This document shows positions 1-10,415 of a stretch of 32,000 bases of DNA, in pieces. The stretch lies in NCBI RefSeq assembly GCF_900187275.1, contig NZ_LT906458.1, forward strand, positions 360,001 to 392,000. Reading direction: 5' to 3'. The DNA is from Pasteurella multocida. GTDB taxonomy: Bacteria; Pseudomonadota; Gammaproteobacteria; Enterobacterales; Pasteurellaceae. How positions within the stretch are numbered: the stretch's first letter is position 1; the number at the start of each line of letters is the position of its first letter. A program made the position numbers and the translations under genes. The notes under the pieces are model-generated. The model saw nothing but the letters and a program-made list of their open reading frames with translations, made no database searches and was not told the origin of the DNA.

Positions 1-2
1 AT

Positions 3-104
3 GTGGAACAGCTCGATCCAAAACCATTCTTGAATTTATTAAATAAAATCGGCTTACCAAACCGCATTAAAGATGAACATGGCGATCGTGAATTAGCCTT
101 TTAA
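3..104 (+). CDS. 3' end of an unidentified protein (left-truncated CDS)
   Basis: Open frame from the window edge, absent from the ORF track because it has no start: ..VEQLDPKPFLNLLNKIGLPNRIKDEHGDRELAF*, stop TAA at 102-104. Confidence 0.55.
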   Translation: MEQLDPKPFLNLLNKIGLPNRIKDEHGDRELAF

Positions 105-259
105 TTCCTCGCGTCAGTAAACAGAGAAAGCACGAACTGAGTAATCAGACGCGTGCTTTTTTGTTTTCATAGAGAAAAGATAAACGGTGCTTTCTTTAAT
201 CAAATTGCCTTGTTACAATGAAAAAATCGTTTTGGTAAAAAAGCTTAGGAATCAAATTG

Positions 260-1174
260 ATGAAGAGATTATTGGATTGTACGGCGTCTGATTTTCAGCA
301 CATGAATGGACAGCAATTAAAGCAAGCGATTCGTGCGAGCGAAGGACGCGTGATTTTGTCTGAAAATATGGTGGCGGTACAACCGCTTTATCCTAATGTA
401 ACCAATTCAGAGTTAGCCGCTGCATTTGGTGCTGACCTTATTCTGCTGAATTTATTTGATGTTTTTTCACCAAAAATACAGGGATTGGAATCAGATCCTG
501 CACATACTGTTGTGCAATTAAAACGTTTAGTTGGGCGCCCAATTGGGATTAATTTAGAGCCAGTGGATGAGCATGCCGTGCAAATCGAAACCTTAGATAC
601 TCTCGCAAAAGGGCGTTTGGCGACGACAGAGGCATTACAGCAAGCGAAAAAATTAGGTTTTGATTTTGTTTGTTTAACCGGTAACCCTAAAACCGGTGTA
701 ACCAATACGGAAATCGTGCAAGCAATAAAACGAGCAAGAGCGGTATTGGGTGAGGACGGATTAATTATTGCAGGTAAAATGCATGGTGCGGGTGTGGCAA
801 ACGAAACGGGAAGTGGTTTGATTTCCGAACAGGATTTAGTCAGCTTTATTGAGGCGGGCGCGGATATTATCTTATTAGCCGCACCGGGTACGATTCCAGG
901 TATGACCGTCGAAAGAGTGGAAAAGTATGTCCAGTTGATCCACGCGAAAGGGGCATTAGCGTTACTCGCTATTGGTACGAGCCAAGAAGGGGCAGATGAG
1001 GCAACGATCCGACAAATTGCACTCAACAGCAAAATGGCAGGTGCCGATTTGTATCATATTGGTGATGCCGGATTTTACGGCATTGCAGTGCCTGAAAACA
1101 TTATGACGTATTCTATCGCCATTCGAGGGCGACGCCATACTTATGTGAGAATGGCATTATCCACCCATCGCTAA
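260..1174 (+). CDS. Conserved protein of unknown function, TIM-barrel/DUF7916-like
   Basis: 304-305 aa ORF. Protein has barrel-like beta/alpha motifs (GADLILLNLFDV, GRPIGINLEP, AGADIILLAAPGTIPG, HIGDAGFYG). The ATG at 260 is more likely than the TTG at 257. Family name is from memory. Confidence 0.75.
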   Translation: MKRLLDCTASDFQHMNGQQLKQAIRASEGRVILSENMVAVQPLYPNVTNSELAAAFGADLILLNLFDVFSPKIQGLESDPAHTVVQLKRLVGRPIGINLEPVDEHAVQIETLDTLAKGRLATTEALQQAKKLGFDFVCLTGNPKTGVTNTEIVQAIKRARAVLGEDGLIIAGKMHGAGVANETGSGLISEQDLVSFIEAGADIILLAAPGTIPGMTVERVEKYVQLIHAKGALALLAIGTSQEGADEATIRQIALNSKMAGADLYHIGDAGFYGIAVPENIMTYSIAIRGRRHTYVRMALSTHR

Positions 1175-1205
1175 CTTTTTTTAACTTTTAAAATGTGTAA
1201 TAAAA

Positions 1206-2687
1206 ATGGAAAAACTCGATTTACTTAAACAAAGCTATAATGAATTGCCCTACGTTTCAAAAGGCTTTTCACATACCTTACCAGAAAGACAACGTGCGGT
1301 GTTGTCTTTGCTAGGTTTTCATACGCCTCATATTGAACACGCCAAGGTGCTGGAAATCGGTTGTGGTTTTGGTGGGAACATTATTTCCAGTGCGTTAATT
1401 CATCCGAACGCGCATTTTGTTGGTGTGGATTTATCGGAAACACAAATCGAGGGAGGCAAAGCAATCGTTAATCAGCTTGGTTTAAAAAATGTGGAGTTAC
1501 TTTGCCAAGATATTTCATTTTTCGAAAATTCCAGCATCAAGTTCGATTATATTGTGTGTCACGGTGTATTTAGTTGGGTACCTGAATCCGTTCGTCGCAA
1601 AATTCTAACGGTGATCAAATCCCATTTAAGTGAAAACGGGGCAGCAACGATTTCGTATAATACTTATCCCGGTTGGAAGTCTTTAGAAGCGCTAAAAGAT
1701 ATGATGACATTCCGTGTGGATTTGTTAGCTAAACAAAATATTCATTTATCGATGCGAGAAAAAGTGGCGTATGGTAAGGGAACGGCGGATTTTTTAAGTC
1801 AGTTTGCCTTAGGCGATAAGCGGATGAAAGACGTGGCTGATGGGATTAAAGATAAAGATGAACATTATATTTATCATGAATATTTTGAAGAATATAATCA
1901 GCCACTTTATTTATATGAATTCAATGAATTACTAGAAGAATATGGACTCGCACATATTTGTGATTCTAGCGTGAGTGCGACTTTCCCGATTTTTAAAGAT
2001 GATCGTATTGAAACGTTATTAGATAACGAATGTGGTGATAATCATCTGCTGAAAGAACAATACTATGATTACATTCTGAATCGTCAATTTAGAACCAGTA
2101 TTGTGACGCATCTTGAAAATCGTGAGAAATGCAATATTTCGCGTCATATTCAAATTAATGATTTAAAGAACATCTATATTCGCACCAATCTTAATGCGGA
2201 ATCCTCTTCTAAAGTTGTCCAATCGTTGAAAGCGCATTATCCAAATGCCATGAAAGTCTCGGATTTTGTTGAGCGTTATTTTACGGATAATCGAAATGAC
2301 GGTTATACCTCGGTCTTGCTGGAAATTTATAATGAGAATATTGATTTTTACGCAAGAAACATTGCCGTCACTAAACAAGATAAAATTAAGTTAAAAACCG
2401 TGTACCGTAAGTATTTAGACTATTATTTAAATACGGAAAAACCCGTGATCAGTTTGTCTAACTTCGTGGGGAATACGCTTGTTCTCAATTCTGGGGACAT
2501 CCATGCTATTTTATCCTTTGATGGTCAACATTCTGATGAAGAATTAGCGGATTTACTGTTTGAAAAAGTTCAATCCGGTATTTTAAGAATGAATCATGCC
2601 CACACCGAGCAAGAGCAAAAAGCAACCTTACTCGCTTTTATTAAAGATACACGTGCCTTTGTTGAAGCAAATTTAATGAATGAATAG
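1206..2687 (+). CDS. Class I SAM-dependent methyltransferase with C-terminal regulatory-type domain
   Basis: Motif I VLEIGCGFGGNI, followed by HFVGVDLSETQIEGG and FDYIVCHGVFSWVP. Long C-terminal region resembles the methyltransferase regulatory domain family. Confidence 0.85.
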   Translation: MEKLDLLKQSYNELPYVSKGFSHTLPERQRAVLSLLGFHTPHIEHAKVLEIGCGFGGNIISSALIHPNAHFVGVDLSETQIEGGKAIVNQLGLKNVELLCQDISFFENSSIKFDYIVCHGVFSWVPESVRRKILTVIKSHLSENGAATISYNTYPGWKSLEALKDMMTFRVDLLAKQNIHLSMREKVAYGKGTADFLSQFALGDKRMKDVADGIKDKDEHYIYHEYFEEYNQPLYLYEFNELLEEYGLAHICDSSVSATFPIFKDDRIETLLDNECGDNHLLKEQYYDYILNRQFRTSIVTHLENREKCNISRHIQINDLKNIYIRTNLNAESSSKVVQSLKAHYPNAMKVSDFVERYFTDNRNDGYTSVLLEIYNENIDFYARNIAVTKQDKIKLKTVYRKYLDYYLNTEKPVISLSNFVGNTLVLNSGDIHAILSFDGQHSDEELADLLFEKVQSGILRMNHAHTEQEQKATLLAFIKDTRAFVEANLMNE

Positions 2688-2721
2688 GGCGTTGTTATCT
2701 ACGTGATTATATAATTTTAAC

Positions 2722-2748
2722 AGAGAGCAATATTTGCTCTCTTTTTTT
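2722..2748 (+). terminator. Intrinsic terminator after the methyltransferase gene
   Basis: AGAGAGCAA-tat-TTGCTCTCT perfect 9-bp stem followed by a T-run. Confidence 0.85.
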
Positions 2749-5707
2749 ATTCTTCGTATTTATCGTTGTGCTCAAAAAGCCTGTGCCAAATAGTTTGAAT
2801 GAATTGCCGTTCTGTCTGAAATTCCGTTTGTGGAACAATAGACGGTTCACCTAATAAATTCAAATGATGAATACGATTGCGCAAATCAACATAACATTGT
2901 TTCAACTGGTCACAAATTTCTTGTGAAATGACCGCACTTTCTGCCATGATCTCAAAAATACGCACGTTATCCGACCATCTTGTTAACGCAGGGTTTTGAG
3001 GGGCATGGGCTAAGACTAAATATTGTGCAATAAATTCAATATCGGTAATACCGCCACGATCCGTTTTAATATTAAAGGTATCGTTATAGGGATGGGCTAA
3101 ATGGGCATACATTTTTTGTCGCATGGCGACAACATCTTGTTGTAACGTCGCTAGATCGCGTGGCGCTGAAAGCACTTCGGCACGGATCGCATTAAATTCC
3201 GTTTGTAATCTTGCTTCTCCATAAATAGCACGGCTGCGCACTAAGGCTTGTTTTTCCCAAGTCCAAGCGTCATGAAGTTGATACGCTTTAAATGCAGAAA
3301 TAGAACTACAAAGAAGCCCGGATTCACCAGAAGGGCGTAACCGCATATCAACTTCATATAACACGCCTGCAAAAGTATTGATGCTGAAAATGCTGATAAT
3401 TTTTTGTGCGAGGCGAAGATAAAACTGGTTACTCTCAATACTGCGTTTTCCCCCACAGGTTTGACTTTGTTCATTTGATTGATATAAGAAAACCAAATCT
3501 AAATCCGATTTATAACCTAATTCAATTCCCCCTAATTTTCCATAACCGATCACGAGAAATCCTTTTTCTCCTTCGGCTAAGTGAGTCGGTGTACCAAATC
3601 GAGTTGTGACTTGTTGCCAAGCAAGCTCCACAACCACATGGATAATAGCTTCAGCTAAGAAGGTGAGGTGATCACTGACTTTCATCACAGGGAGCGCACC
3701 TAAAATATCAGCGGCAGCAATACGTAATAGGGTTGCTTGTTTGAATTGACGTAATCCATCAATCATCTGTTCTTCATCATCGGGTGTTAAGCGTAACAAA
3801 TATTGGTGTAATTCACTGGCATAGTGATCATAAGGGGGAGGATTTAATAAGGCATTACGATCTAATAATTCATCTAATAAAATCGGGTGTCTGGCGACTT
3901 GTTCGGCAATCATTTTCGATTGGGCACAGAGTTCAATTAATTGCGTTAACGCTTGTGGATTTTCGACTAACAATTCCAGATAGGTCGTACGGGTGAGAAT
4001 TTTATCCACGATATTGAGCATACGTGGTAATAAATGGAGATAAGCCGTATGCGCAAAAATCTGCGGTAATAAGGTTGGCATCACTTGCGTGAGAGCGATA
4101 CGACCACGTGTACCAATCGGGCGACGAGTGACTTCGTTGCGAAATTGCATTAACTTTTCGATGATCTCATGAAAATCACGCTCTTCAATATGATGTTCGA
4201 TTAGCATTTGTTCAATTTCACTTTCCTCAATTTCGTTTTCAAGGAAATCATGCCACAGCGTTTCGGTTTCACTCAGTTCTTCTTTTTCTTCGCCAATTAA
4301 ATGATCAAACACTGTCCGCACGTTTTGTTGATGTTGCTGTAAGACCTCACAAAAGCTCGCCCAATCATGAATTGGATAAGTGACGGTTTCCAACTTATTT
4401 TGTGTGTCCCATTGAGTAAAACGTTGCGTTGCGAGAACCAAGCGCTGCTGGTCTAATGTATTTTCGGGTAATTGTTGCGTTTGTTGATCATGTATGGCTT
4501 GTAAGATATTTTCAGTACGGCGTAAAAATAAATACGCTTGGCGCAAGTCTTCTTGTTGTTGTGCAGAAATCAGTTCAAGGGCACTAATTTCTGGTAGAAC
4601 TTTTAATAAGGCAGGTTGTTGCAGAGTACTTTCTCGTCCGCCCCGAATCAGTTGGAAAACCTGTACAATAAATTCAATCTCACGGATACCACCCGCGCCA
4701 AGTTTAATGTTATCCACTAACCCTCTACGACGGACTTCTCGTTCAATTTTGTGCTTCATGTCACGTAAGGCTTGAATCACACTGAAATCAATATAGCGCC
4801 GATAAACAAACGGGCGCAAGAGTTGCTGTAAGGTGTTGACATGAGGATCTTGGGCATTGGCACCTAAAATCCGACCTTTGATCATCGCATAGCGTTCCCA
4901 ATCACGTCCTTGCTCTTGATAATATAATTCCATGGCAGCAAAGCTTAAGGCAAGCGCGCCGTTCTCGCCAAAAGGACGTAAGCGCATGTCGGTACGATAG
5001 ACAAATCCATCGCCCGTATATTGATCCAGCGCGTTGATCAAACGTTGTCCTAGGCGAGTAAAGAATTTTGCATTATCAATACTGCGACGTGCACCTACAG
5101 TTTCGCCGTTGCTTGCATAAGTAAAAATTAAATCAATATCTGAGGAAAAATTGAGCTCAAAACCGCCCAATTTCCCCATGCCTAAAATATAAAGTTGTAG
5201 TGGTGTGCCTTGTTCATCTACAGGCGTCCCCATTTCTGCACAGGCGCGCTGATAAAGCCAATCTCTTGCACCAATGATCACACTTTCGGCTAATTGTGAT
5301 AAGCGAATAAAAATGTCTTCTACACTGCCTAAATTTAAACTTTGGCAGAAACTCAGTTTTGCCATTTCGCGATGACGGAATTGTCTTAACACTTTATACA
5401 GTTGTTCTTCGTTTTCTACTTGCGCTAATAGTGGGGTTAAGCGTTCTGCATACTGCTCACAATCTTGCAAGTGAGGACATTGTTGCCAACATTGGTGTAA
5501 AAAGTGCGGTTGTTTTTGCAATGTTTCTGCAAAAAAGTCGGACATGGCAATGGCATAGCGGAGTTGCCCAATGTTACTCGTTGGCTTTTCTTTATCCGTT
5601 GCAATGTGCTGAAAAATTTGATCTTGATATTGTTCAGGAAAGTGTGCAATCAATTGTTTTGCCAGTTGATTGAGAGTGACATCAACGTGCGCTAAAGGGA
5701 AAGACAT
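2747..5707 (-). CDS. glnE: Bifunctional glutamine synthetase adenylyltransferase/deadenylase
   Basis: 986 aa. Two nucleotidyltransferase modules: [21 protein letters not shown] and [24 protein letters not shown]. Confidence 0.97.
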   Translation of the reverse strand: MSFPLAHVDVTLNQLAKQLIAHFPEQYQDQIFQHIATDKEKPTSNIGQLRYAIAMSDFFAETLQKQPHFLHQCWQQCPHLQDCEQYAERLTPLLAQVENEEQLYKVLRQFRHREMAKLSFCQSLNLGSVEDIFIRLSQLAESVIIGARDWLYQRACAEMGTPVDEQGTPLQLYILGMGKLGGFELNFSSDIDLIFTYASNGETVGARRSIDNAKFFTRLGQRLINALDQYTGDGFVYRTDMRLRPFGENGALALSFAAMELYYQEQGRDWERYAMIKGRILGANAQDPHVNTLQQLLRPFVYRRYIDFSVIQALRDMKHKIEREVRRRGLVDNIKLGAGGIREIEFIVQVFQLIRGGRESTLQQPALLKVLPEISALELISAQQQEDLRQAYLFLRRTENILQAIHDQQTQQLPENTLDQQRLVLATQRFTQWDTQNKLETVTYPIHDWASFCEVLQQHQQNVRTVFDHLIGEEKEELSETETLWHDFLENEIEESEIEQMLIEHHIEERDFHEIIEKLMQFRNEVTRRPIGTRGRIALTQVMPTLLPQIFAHTAYLHLLPRMLNIVDKILTRTTYLELLVENPQALTQLIELCAQSKMIAEQVARHPILLDELLDRNALLNPPPYDHYASELHQYLLRLTPDDEEQMIDGLRQFKQATLLRIAAADILGALPVMKVSDHLTFLAEAIIHVVVELAWQQVTTRFGTPTHLAEGEKGFLVIGYGKLGGIELGYKSDLDLVFLYQSNEQSQTCGGKRSIESNQFYLRLAQKIISIFSINTFAGVLYEVDMRLRPSGESGLLCSSISAFKAYQLHDAWTWEKQALVRSRAIYGEARLQTEFNAIRAEVLSAPRDLATLQQDVVAMRQKMYAHLAHPYNDTFNIKTDRGGITDIEFIAQYLVLAHAPQNPALTRWSDNVRIFEIMAESAVISQEICDQLKQCYVDLRNRIHHLNLLGEPSIVPQTEFQTERQFIQTIWHRLFEHNDKYEE

Positions 5708-5872
5708 AAGAGATCCTTATAACAAATCGAAACTGAACAAACTTTAGCATAAAACCTGTTTTTTCGGTGTAGGATTTTTAGTGTTTGTTATCCGTTTTGT
5801 GCTTTTATTTTGGAAATTCGAGCTTGCACAGAAATAAGATTGTGCTTTTTTTACAAAATATTATAGACTTAG

Positions 5873-5958
5873 GACTCTTAGTCGGGGTGCTATTGCGTTA
5901 GCTGAGATGATACCCGTGAACCTGATGCAGTTAATACTGACGTAGGAAACTAGCAGTC
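5873..5958 (+). promoter_or_regulatory. TPP riboswitch (thi box)
   Basis: Core GTCGGGGTGC..GCTGAGATGATACCCGTGAACCTGATGCAGTTAATACTGACGTAGGAAACTAGCAGTC matches the TPP aptamer consensus. It sits directly upstream of thiB. Confidence 0.96.
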
Positions 5959-6002
5959 AATATTGCTGTGTACTTTTTTGCGTAATTACAAGAGAGGACA
6001 CA

Positions 6003-7007
6003 ATGTCTAGATTAAAAACTTCCTTTTTTTTCACCGCACTTTCCACACTGTCATTATCCGTCTTTGCTCAAACGCAAGCGGTCAATGTGTATACTTATGA
6101 TTCCTTCACTTCTGAATGGGGGGCAGGTCCGAAAGTAAAAAAAGCATTTGAAACCCACTTCCCACAATGCCAAGTGAATTTTACTGCGTTTGGTGATTCT
6201 GGCACCATGTTTAATCGCTTACGTTTAGAAGGGAAAAAAACAAAAGCGGATGTGGTTGTAGGGTTAGATAACTACAACCTTGAGGAGGCAGAAAAAAGCG
6301 GCTTATTTGTTCAACATAAAGTCGATTTAACACCGCTGTCACTACCGGTTGAGTGGAAAAATCACACTTTTTTACCTTATGATTTTGGGCAGTTTGCCTT
6401 TATTTATGACAAAACCAAAGTGCAACAGCCACCAAAAAGCTTAAAAGAATTGGTAGAACGTGATGATTTAAAAGTCATTTATCAAGATCCACGTACCAGC
6501 AGTGTAGGACGTGGCTTACTCATTTGGATGAACCATGTTTATACCGAGAATGAAGTGGCACAAGCTTGGCAAAAATTAGCCAAACATACGGTGACTGTGG
6601 GGAAAGGTTGGTCTGATACTTATGGCGCGTTTTTGAAAGGCGAAGCCGATGTTGTCTTGAGCTATAACACCTCTCCGTTATATCACATGGTGTTTGAACA
6701 AAAAGATCAGTATCTCGCCACCGAATTCGAGGAAGGGGGCGTATTACAAATTGAAACGGCTGCACGTGTAGCACAACATGATAATGCCTGTGCGGATCAT
6801 TTCCTTGCCTTTTTACTTCATCCAGAAGCACAAGGGCATTTAGTCAAGAATAATGTGATGTTACCGGTGATTAATACCAATATTGAACCGCACTTTGATG
6901 CCCTTAGAGCCACCCAAATGAACACGAAAGTGCTCGATACCTCAAAAGTGAATGCCGAACAAGTCAAAAAATGGATTGCTGTTTGGCAAACGACCCTAAC
7001 CCAATAA
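6003..7007 (+). CDS. thiB: Thiamine ABC transporter, periplasmic substrate-binding protein
   Basis: Signal peptide, then VNVYTYDSFTSEWGAGPKVKKAFE typical of ThiB/TbpA. Downstream of TPP riboswitch and followed by thiPQ. Confidence 0.95.
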   Translation: MSRLKTSFFFTALSTLSLSVFAQTQAVNVYTYDSFTSEWGAGPKVKKAFETHFPQCQVNFTAFGDSGTMFNRLRLEGKKTKADVVVGLDNYNLEEAEKSGLFVQHKVDLTPLSLPVEWKNHTFLPYDFGQFAFIYDKTKVQQPPKSLKELVERDDLKVIYQDPRTSSVGRGLLIWMNHVYTENEVAQAWQKLAKHTVTVGKGWSDTYGAFLKGEADVVLSYNTSPLYHMVFEQKDQYLATEFEEGGVLQIETAARVAQHDNACADHFLAFLLHPEAQGHLVKNNVMLPVINTNIEPHFDALRATQMNTKVLDTSKVNAEQVKKWIAVWQTTLTQ

Positions 7008-7019
7008 TTGTTTGTCTTG

Positions 7020-8630
7020 ATGTTTAAGCGATTTCGTGCATTCACATACCGTCCCGCCAGTTATCTTGGCGGGATGTTGGTGATTGTTTTTCTGAGCGCT
7101 TTTTATGCGTTCGCCTTAGGGGCGGTTTTTTCGCTCCCTTTTGCGCGCAGTTGGACAGCGTTGTTGAGTGATCAGTATTTACAACACGTGATCATCTTTA
7201 GCTTTTGGCAAGCCTTTCTGTCGGCGGTACTTGCGGTCCTCTTTGGTGGCATTGTAGCACGAGCCTTTTTTTATCAACCGTTTGTGGGCAAGAAACTGAT
7301 CCTCAAATTATTTTCACTGACTTTTGTGTTACCTGCCTTAGTGGCGATTTTTGGTTTATTAGGCGTGTATGGCGCTTCTGGCTGGTTAGCGATGTTAAGC
7401 CAGTTTTTCGCTTGGGATTGGACTCCTAATATTTACGGCTTAACAGGTATTTTACTGGCGCATCTTTTTTTTAATGTCCCATTAGCTTGTCGCCTGTTTT
7501 TACAAGGTTTGCAAGCAATTCCGGTGCAACAACGTCAGCTCGCGGCACAACTCAATTTACGTGGTTGGCATTTTATACGTCTGATTGAGTGGCCCTATTT
7601 ACGCCAGCAATTGTTACCTGCATTTACTTTGATTTTCATGCTGTGTTTTACCAGTTTTGCGATTGTGCTCACTTTAGGTGGCGGACCGAAATATACCACG
7701 TTGGAAGTGGCTATCTATCAAGCGATTTTATTTGAGTTTGATGTACCGAAAGCCGGCTTATTTGCGTTATTACAATTTGTTTTTTGTTTTCTGTTATTCA
7801 CGCTGAGTAGCTTTTTTTCTCCAGCCCCCGCCACGACATTACACAGTCAACCTACTTGGTTTGCGCCCCAATCGTATTGGGTTAAATTATGGCAACGTAT
7901 GATCATTGTGTGTGCGACAGTATTTATCTTATTACCGCTACTCAATACGCTAGTTTCTGCTTTGCTTTCGTCTCAGTTTTTTACCTTGTGGTTACAACCT
8001 CAATTATGGAAAGCATTAGGTTACTCGCTCACCATCGCCCCCACTTCTGCATTGCTCGCTTTAGTACTGTCTTTTGCCTTATTATTGCTTGCCAGAGAAT
8101 TACATTGGCGACATTATCGCAGCTTATCCCATGTGATTTTAAATATCGGTGCGACCATTTTAGCCATTCCAACGTTAGTGTTAGCTATTGGTTTATTCAT
8201 TTTATTACGTGAGATCGATTTTTCTCCATACCATCTTTTTGGGGTTGTGGTATGCTGTAACGCGTTAGCTGCTATGCCTTTTGTGTTGCGTATTTTGGCT
8301 TTACCGATGCATAACAATATGATTTATTATGAAAAATTATGCCAATCACTTAACCTGCGTGGTTGGCAACGTTTTCGATTGATTGAATGGCACAAGCTTC
8401 GTGCGCCAATGAAATACGCCTTTGCACTGGCTTGTGCGTTATCATTAGGCGATTTCACCGCAATCGCGTTATTTGGTCAGGCTGACTTCACATCGTTACC
8501 GCATTTGTTGTATCAACAATTGGGGCATTATCGTAGTCAGGAAGCGGCAGTAACAGCGTTTATTTTATTGGTTTTTTGTTTGAGTGTTTTTATGATTATT
8601 GAACGACATCAGGAACCGCGTGATGATTAA
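7020..8630 (+). CDS. thiP: Thiamine ABC transporter permease
   Basis: ~536 aa protein with duplicated BPD permease domains and EAA-like motifs ([36 protein letters not shown]). An in-frame TTG at 7008 is an alternative start. Confidence 0.94.
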
Positions 8631-9300
8631 TTTAAACGGTGTTCAGTTTTCCTATAATACCTTTACTTTTGAGCTGGATTTGCAGATTCCTGCTCAACAA
8701 AAAGTTGCTATTATTGGCGCCAGTGGCGCAGGGAAGAGTACCTTATTAAATTTGATTGCGGGTTTTGCATTGCCACAGCAAGGGGAAATTTGGTTGAATG
8801 GTGAAAATCATAGCCAAACTCAACCTTATGAACGTCCGGTATCTATTTTGTTTCAAGAAAACAACTTGTTTACGCATTTGACTGTGGCAGAGAATATGGC
8901 ATTAGGGCTGAAACCAAGCCTAAAACTGACCGCACTTGAACAACAACGCGTACAACAAGTGGCAAGTGCAGTGGGTTTGCAGGGTTTTCTTAATCAATTA
9001 CCCACCCAGTTATCGGGTGGGCAAAAACAGCGTGTGGCGTTGGCGCGTTGTTTATTACGCGATAAGCCAATTTTGTTATTGGATGAACCTTTTTCTGCCT
9101 TAGATCCCGATTTACGGGCAGAAATGTTGCATTTATTGTTACAGTTGTGTGATGAAAAAAAATTAACACTCCTGATCGTGACACATCAAGTGAACGAATT
9201 ACAGCAGAAAATGGATCGTATGATTCGTTTTGAACATGGTAGGATGAGTGAGTCCACCATTTTGAAGGATAATTTTAACGAAAAACAGACCGCACTTTAG
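8599..9300 (+). CDS. thiQ: Thiamine ABC transporter ATP-binding protein
   Basis: Walker A GASGAGKS, signature [15 protein letters not shown], Walker [14 protein letters not shown]. Overlaps the thiP 3' end. The actual start may be the ATG at 8626 ([12 protein letters not shown]). Confidence 0.94.
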
Positions 9301-9334
9301 GCGGCTTATTAATTAGATAAGGAAAGAGAAAAAT

Positions 9335-10345
9335 ATGACAACGGCAACGGCATTTGAGATTCGTACACTTACTCCTCACCCGACCTTAGAATATTGGTCT
9401 GTGTGTAAAATTGAAGCCCTGTTTGAGACCCCTTTTTTAGATTTGGTTTATCGGGCTGCGCAAGTGCACCGAGAAAACTTTAATCCTAAAGCCATTCAAT
9501 TATCCACTTTAATGTCGATTAAAACGGGGGGATGTCCAGAGGATTGTGGCTACTGTCCGCAGTCAGCACGTTATCATACTGGAGTAGAAAAGCAGCAATT
9601 ACTCGATGTGGAAGAAATTGTTGAAAAAGCCAAAATTGCCAAAGCACGTGGTGCAGGGCGCTTTTGTATGGGGGCTGCATGGCGTGGACCGAAACCGAAA
9701 GACATTGAAAAAGTTACCGCAATCATTAAAGCGGTGAAAGAACTGGGCTTAGAAACCTGTGGTACCTTTGGTTTATTGCAAGATGGGATGGCAGAAGATT
9801 TAAAAGAAGCGGGTTTGGATTATTATAACCATAATCTCGATACAGCCCCAGAACACTACGGTAATGTGATTGGTACCCGTCAATTTGATGATCGTATTAA
9901 TACGTTAGGTAAAGTGCGTAAAGCTGGCTTAAAAGTGTGCTGTGGCGGGATTATTGGCATGAATGAAACCCGTAAAGAAAGAGCAGGATTAATTGCTAGC
10001 TTAGCTAATTTAGACCCGCAACCCGAATCGGTGCCGATTAATCAATTAGTGAAAGTGGAAGGTACCCCTTTAGCCGATGCGGCAGAATTAGACTGGACAG
10101 AATTTGTGCGCACTATTGCGGTGGCGCGTATTACCATGCCGAAAAGCTATGTACGTTTATCAGCAGGGCGTCAAGGCATGTCGGAAGAAATGCAAGCCAT
10201 GTGCTTTATGGCTGGCGCGAATTCAATCTTCTATGGTGATAAATTACTCGTGACTGGTAACCCAGAAGAAGACGGCGATCAGCTCTTAATGGCGAAATTA
10301 GATTTAGAACCAGAAACAGAAGAGAATCGTTACCGTGCGGAATAA
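9335..10345 (+). CDS. bioB: Biotin synthase
   Basis: Radical SAM motif [14 protein letters not shown], plus NHNLDT and [11 protein letters not shown] typical of BioB. Confidence 0.98.
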   Translation: MTTATAFEIRTLTPHPTLEYWSVCKIEALFETPFLDLVYRAAQVHRENFNPKAIQLSTLMSIKTGGCPEDCGYCPQSARYHTGVEKQQLLDVEEIVEKAKIAKARGAGRFCMGAAWRGPKPKDIEKVTAIIKAVKELGLETCGTFGLLQDGMAEDLKEAGLDYYNHNLDTAPEHYGNVIGTRQFDDRINTLGKVRKAGLKVCCGGIIGMNETRKERAGLIASLANLDPQPESVPINQLVKVEGTPLADAAELDWTEFVRTIAVARITMPKSYVRLSAGRQGMSEEMQAMCFMAGANSIFYGDKLLVTGNPEEDGDQLLMAKLDLEPETEENRYRAE

Positions 10346-10363
10346 GTGCGGTAGCGCTTTTTG
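10344..10363 (+). terminator. Possible bioB terminator incorporating an uptake sequence
   Basis: AAGTGC-ggta-GCGCTT (one G-U pair) followed by TTTTT. The hairpin is short. Confidence 0.5.
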
Positions 10364-10383
10364 CTTTTTTTCGTGATGTAATA

Positions 10384-10413
10384 AAAAAGTCCACCTTGTT
10401 TGGTGGACTTTTT
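10384..10413. terminator. Bidirectional intrinsic terminator between convergent genes
   Basis: AAAAAGTCCACC-ttgttt-GGTGGACTTTTT perfect 12-bp inverted repeat with A and T tracts. Confidence 0.9.
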
Positions 10414-10415
10414 GT

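Noticed and set aside
388-1032. 214-aa minus-strand ORF antisense to the first gene
   Set aside because: Antisense shadow of a coherent + strand protein; low-complexity, Cys/Ser-rich composition typical of spurious frames.
6024-6031. T8 homopolymer in the 5' end of thiB as a phase-variation tract
   Set aside because: It encodes FFF in a signal peptide beside an uptake sequence. An 8-nt tract is common in AT-rich DNA, and a metabolic transporter is not a typical phase-variable gene. Population sequencing would be needed to revive the idea.
7889-8212. 107-aa + strand ORF within thiP
   Set aside because: Alternative frame inside a well-supported permease gene, with no recognizable motifs.
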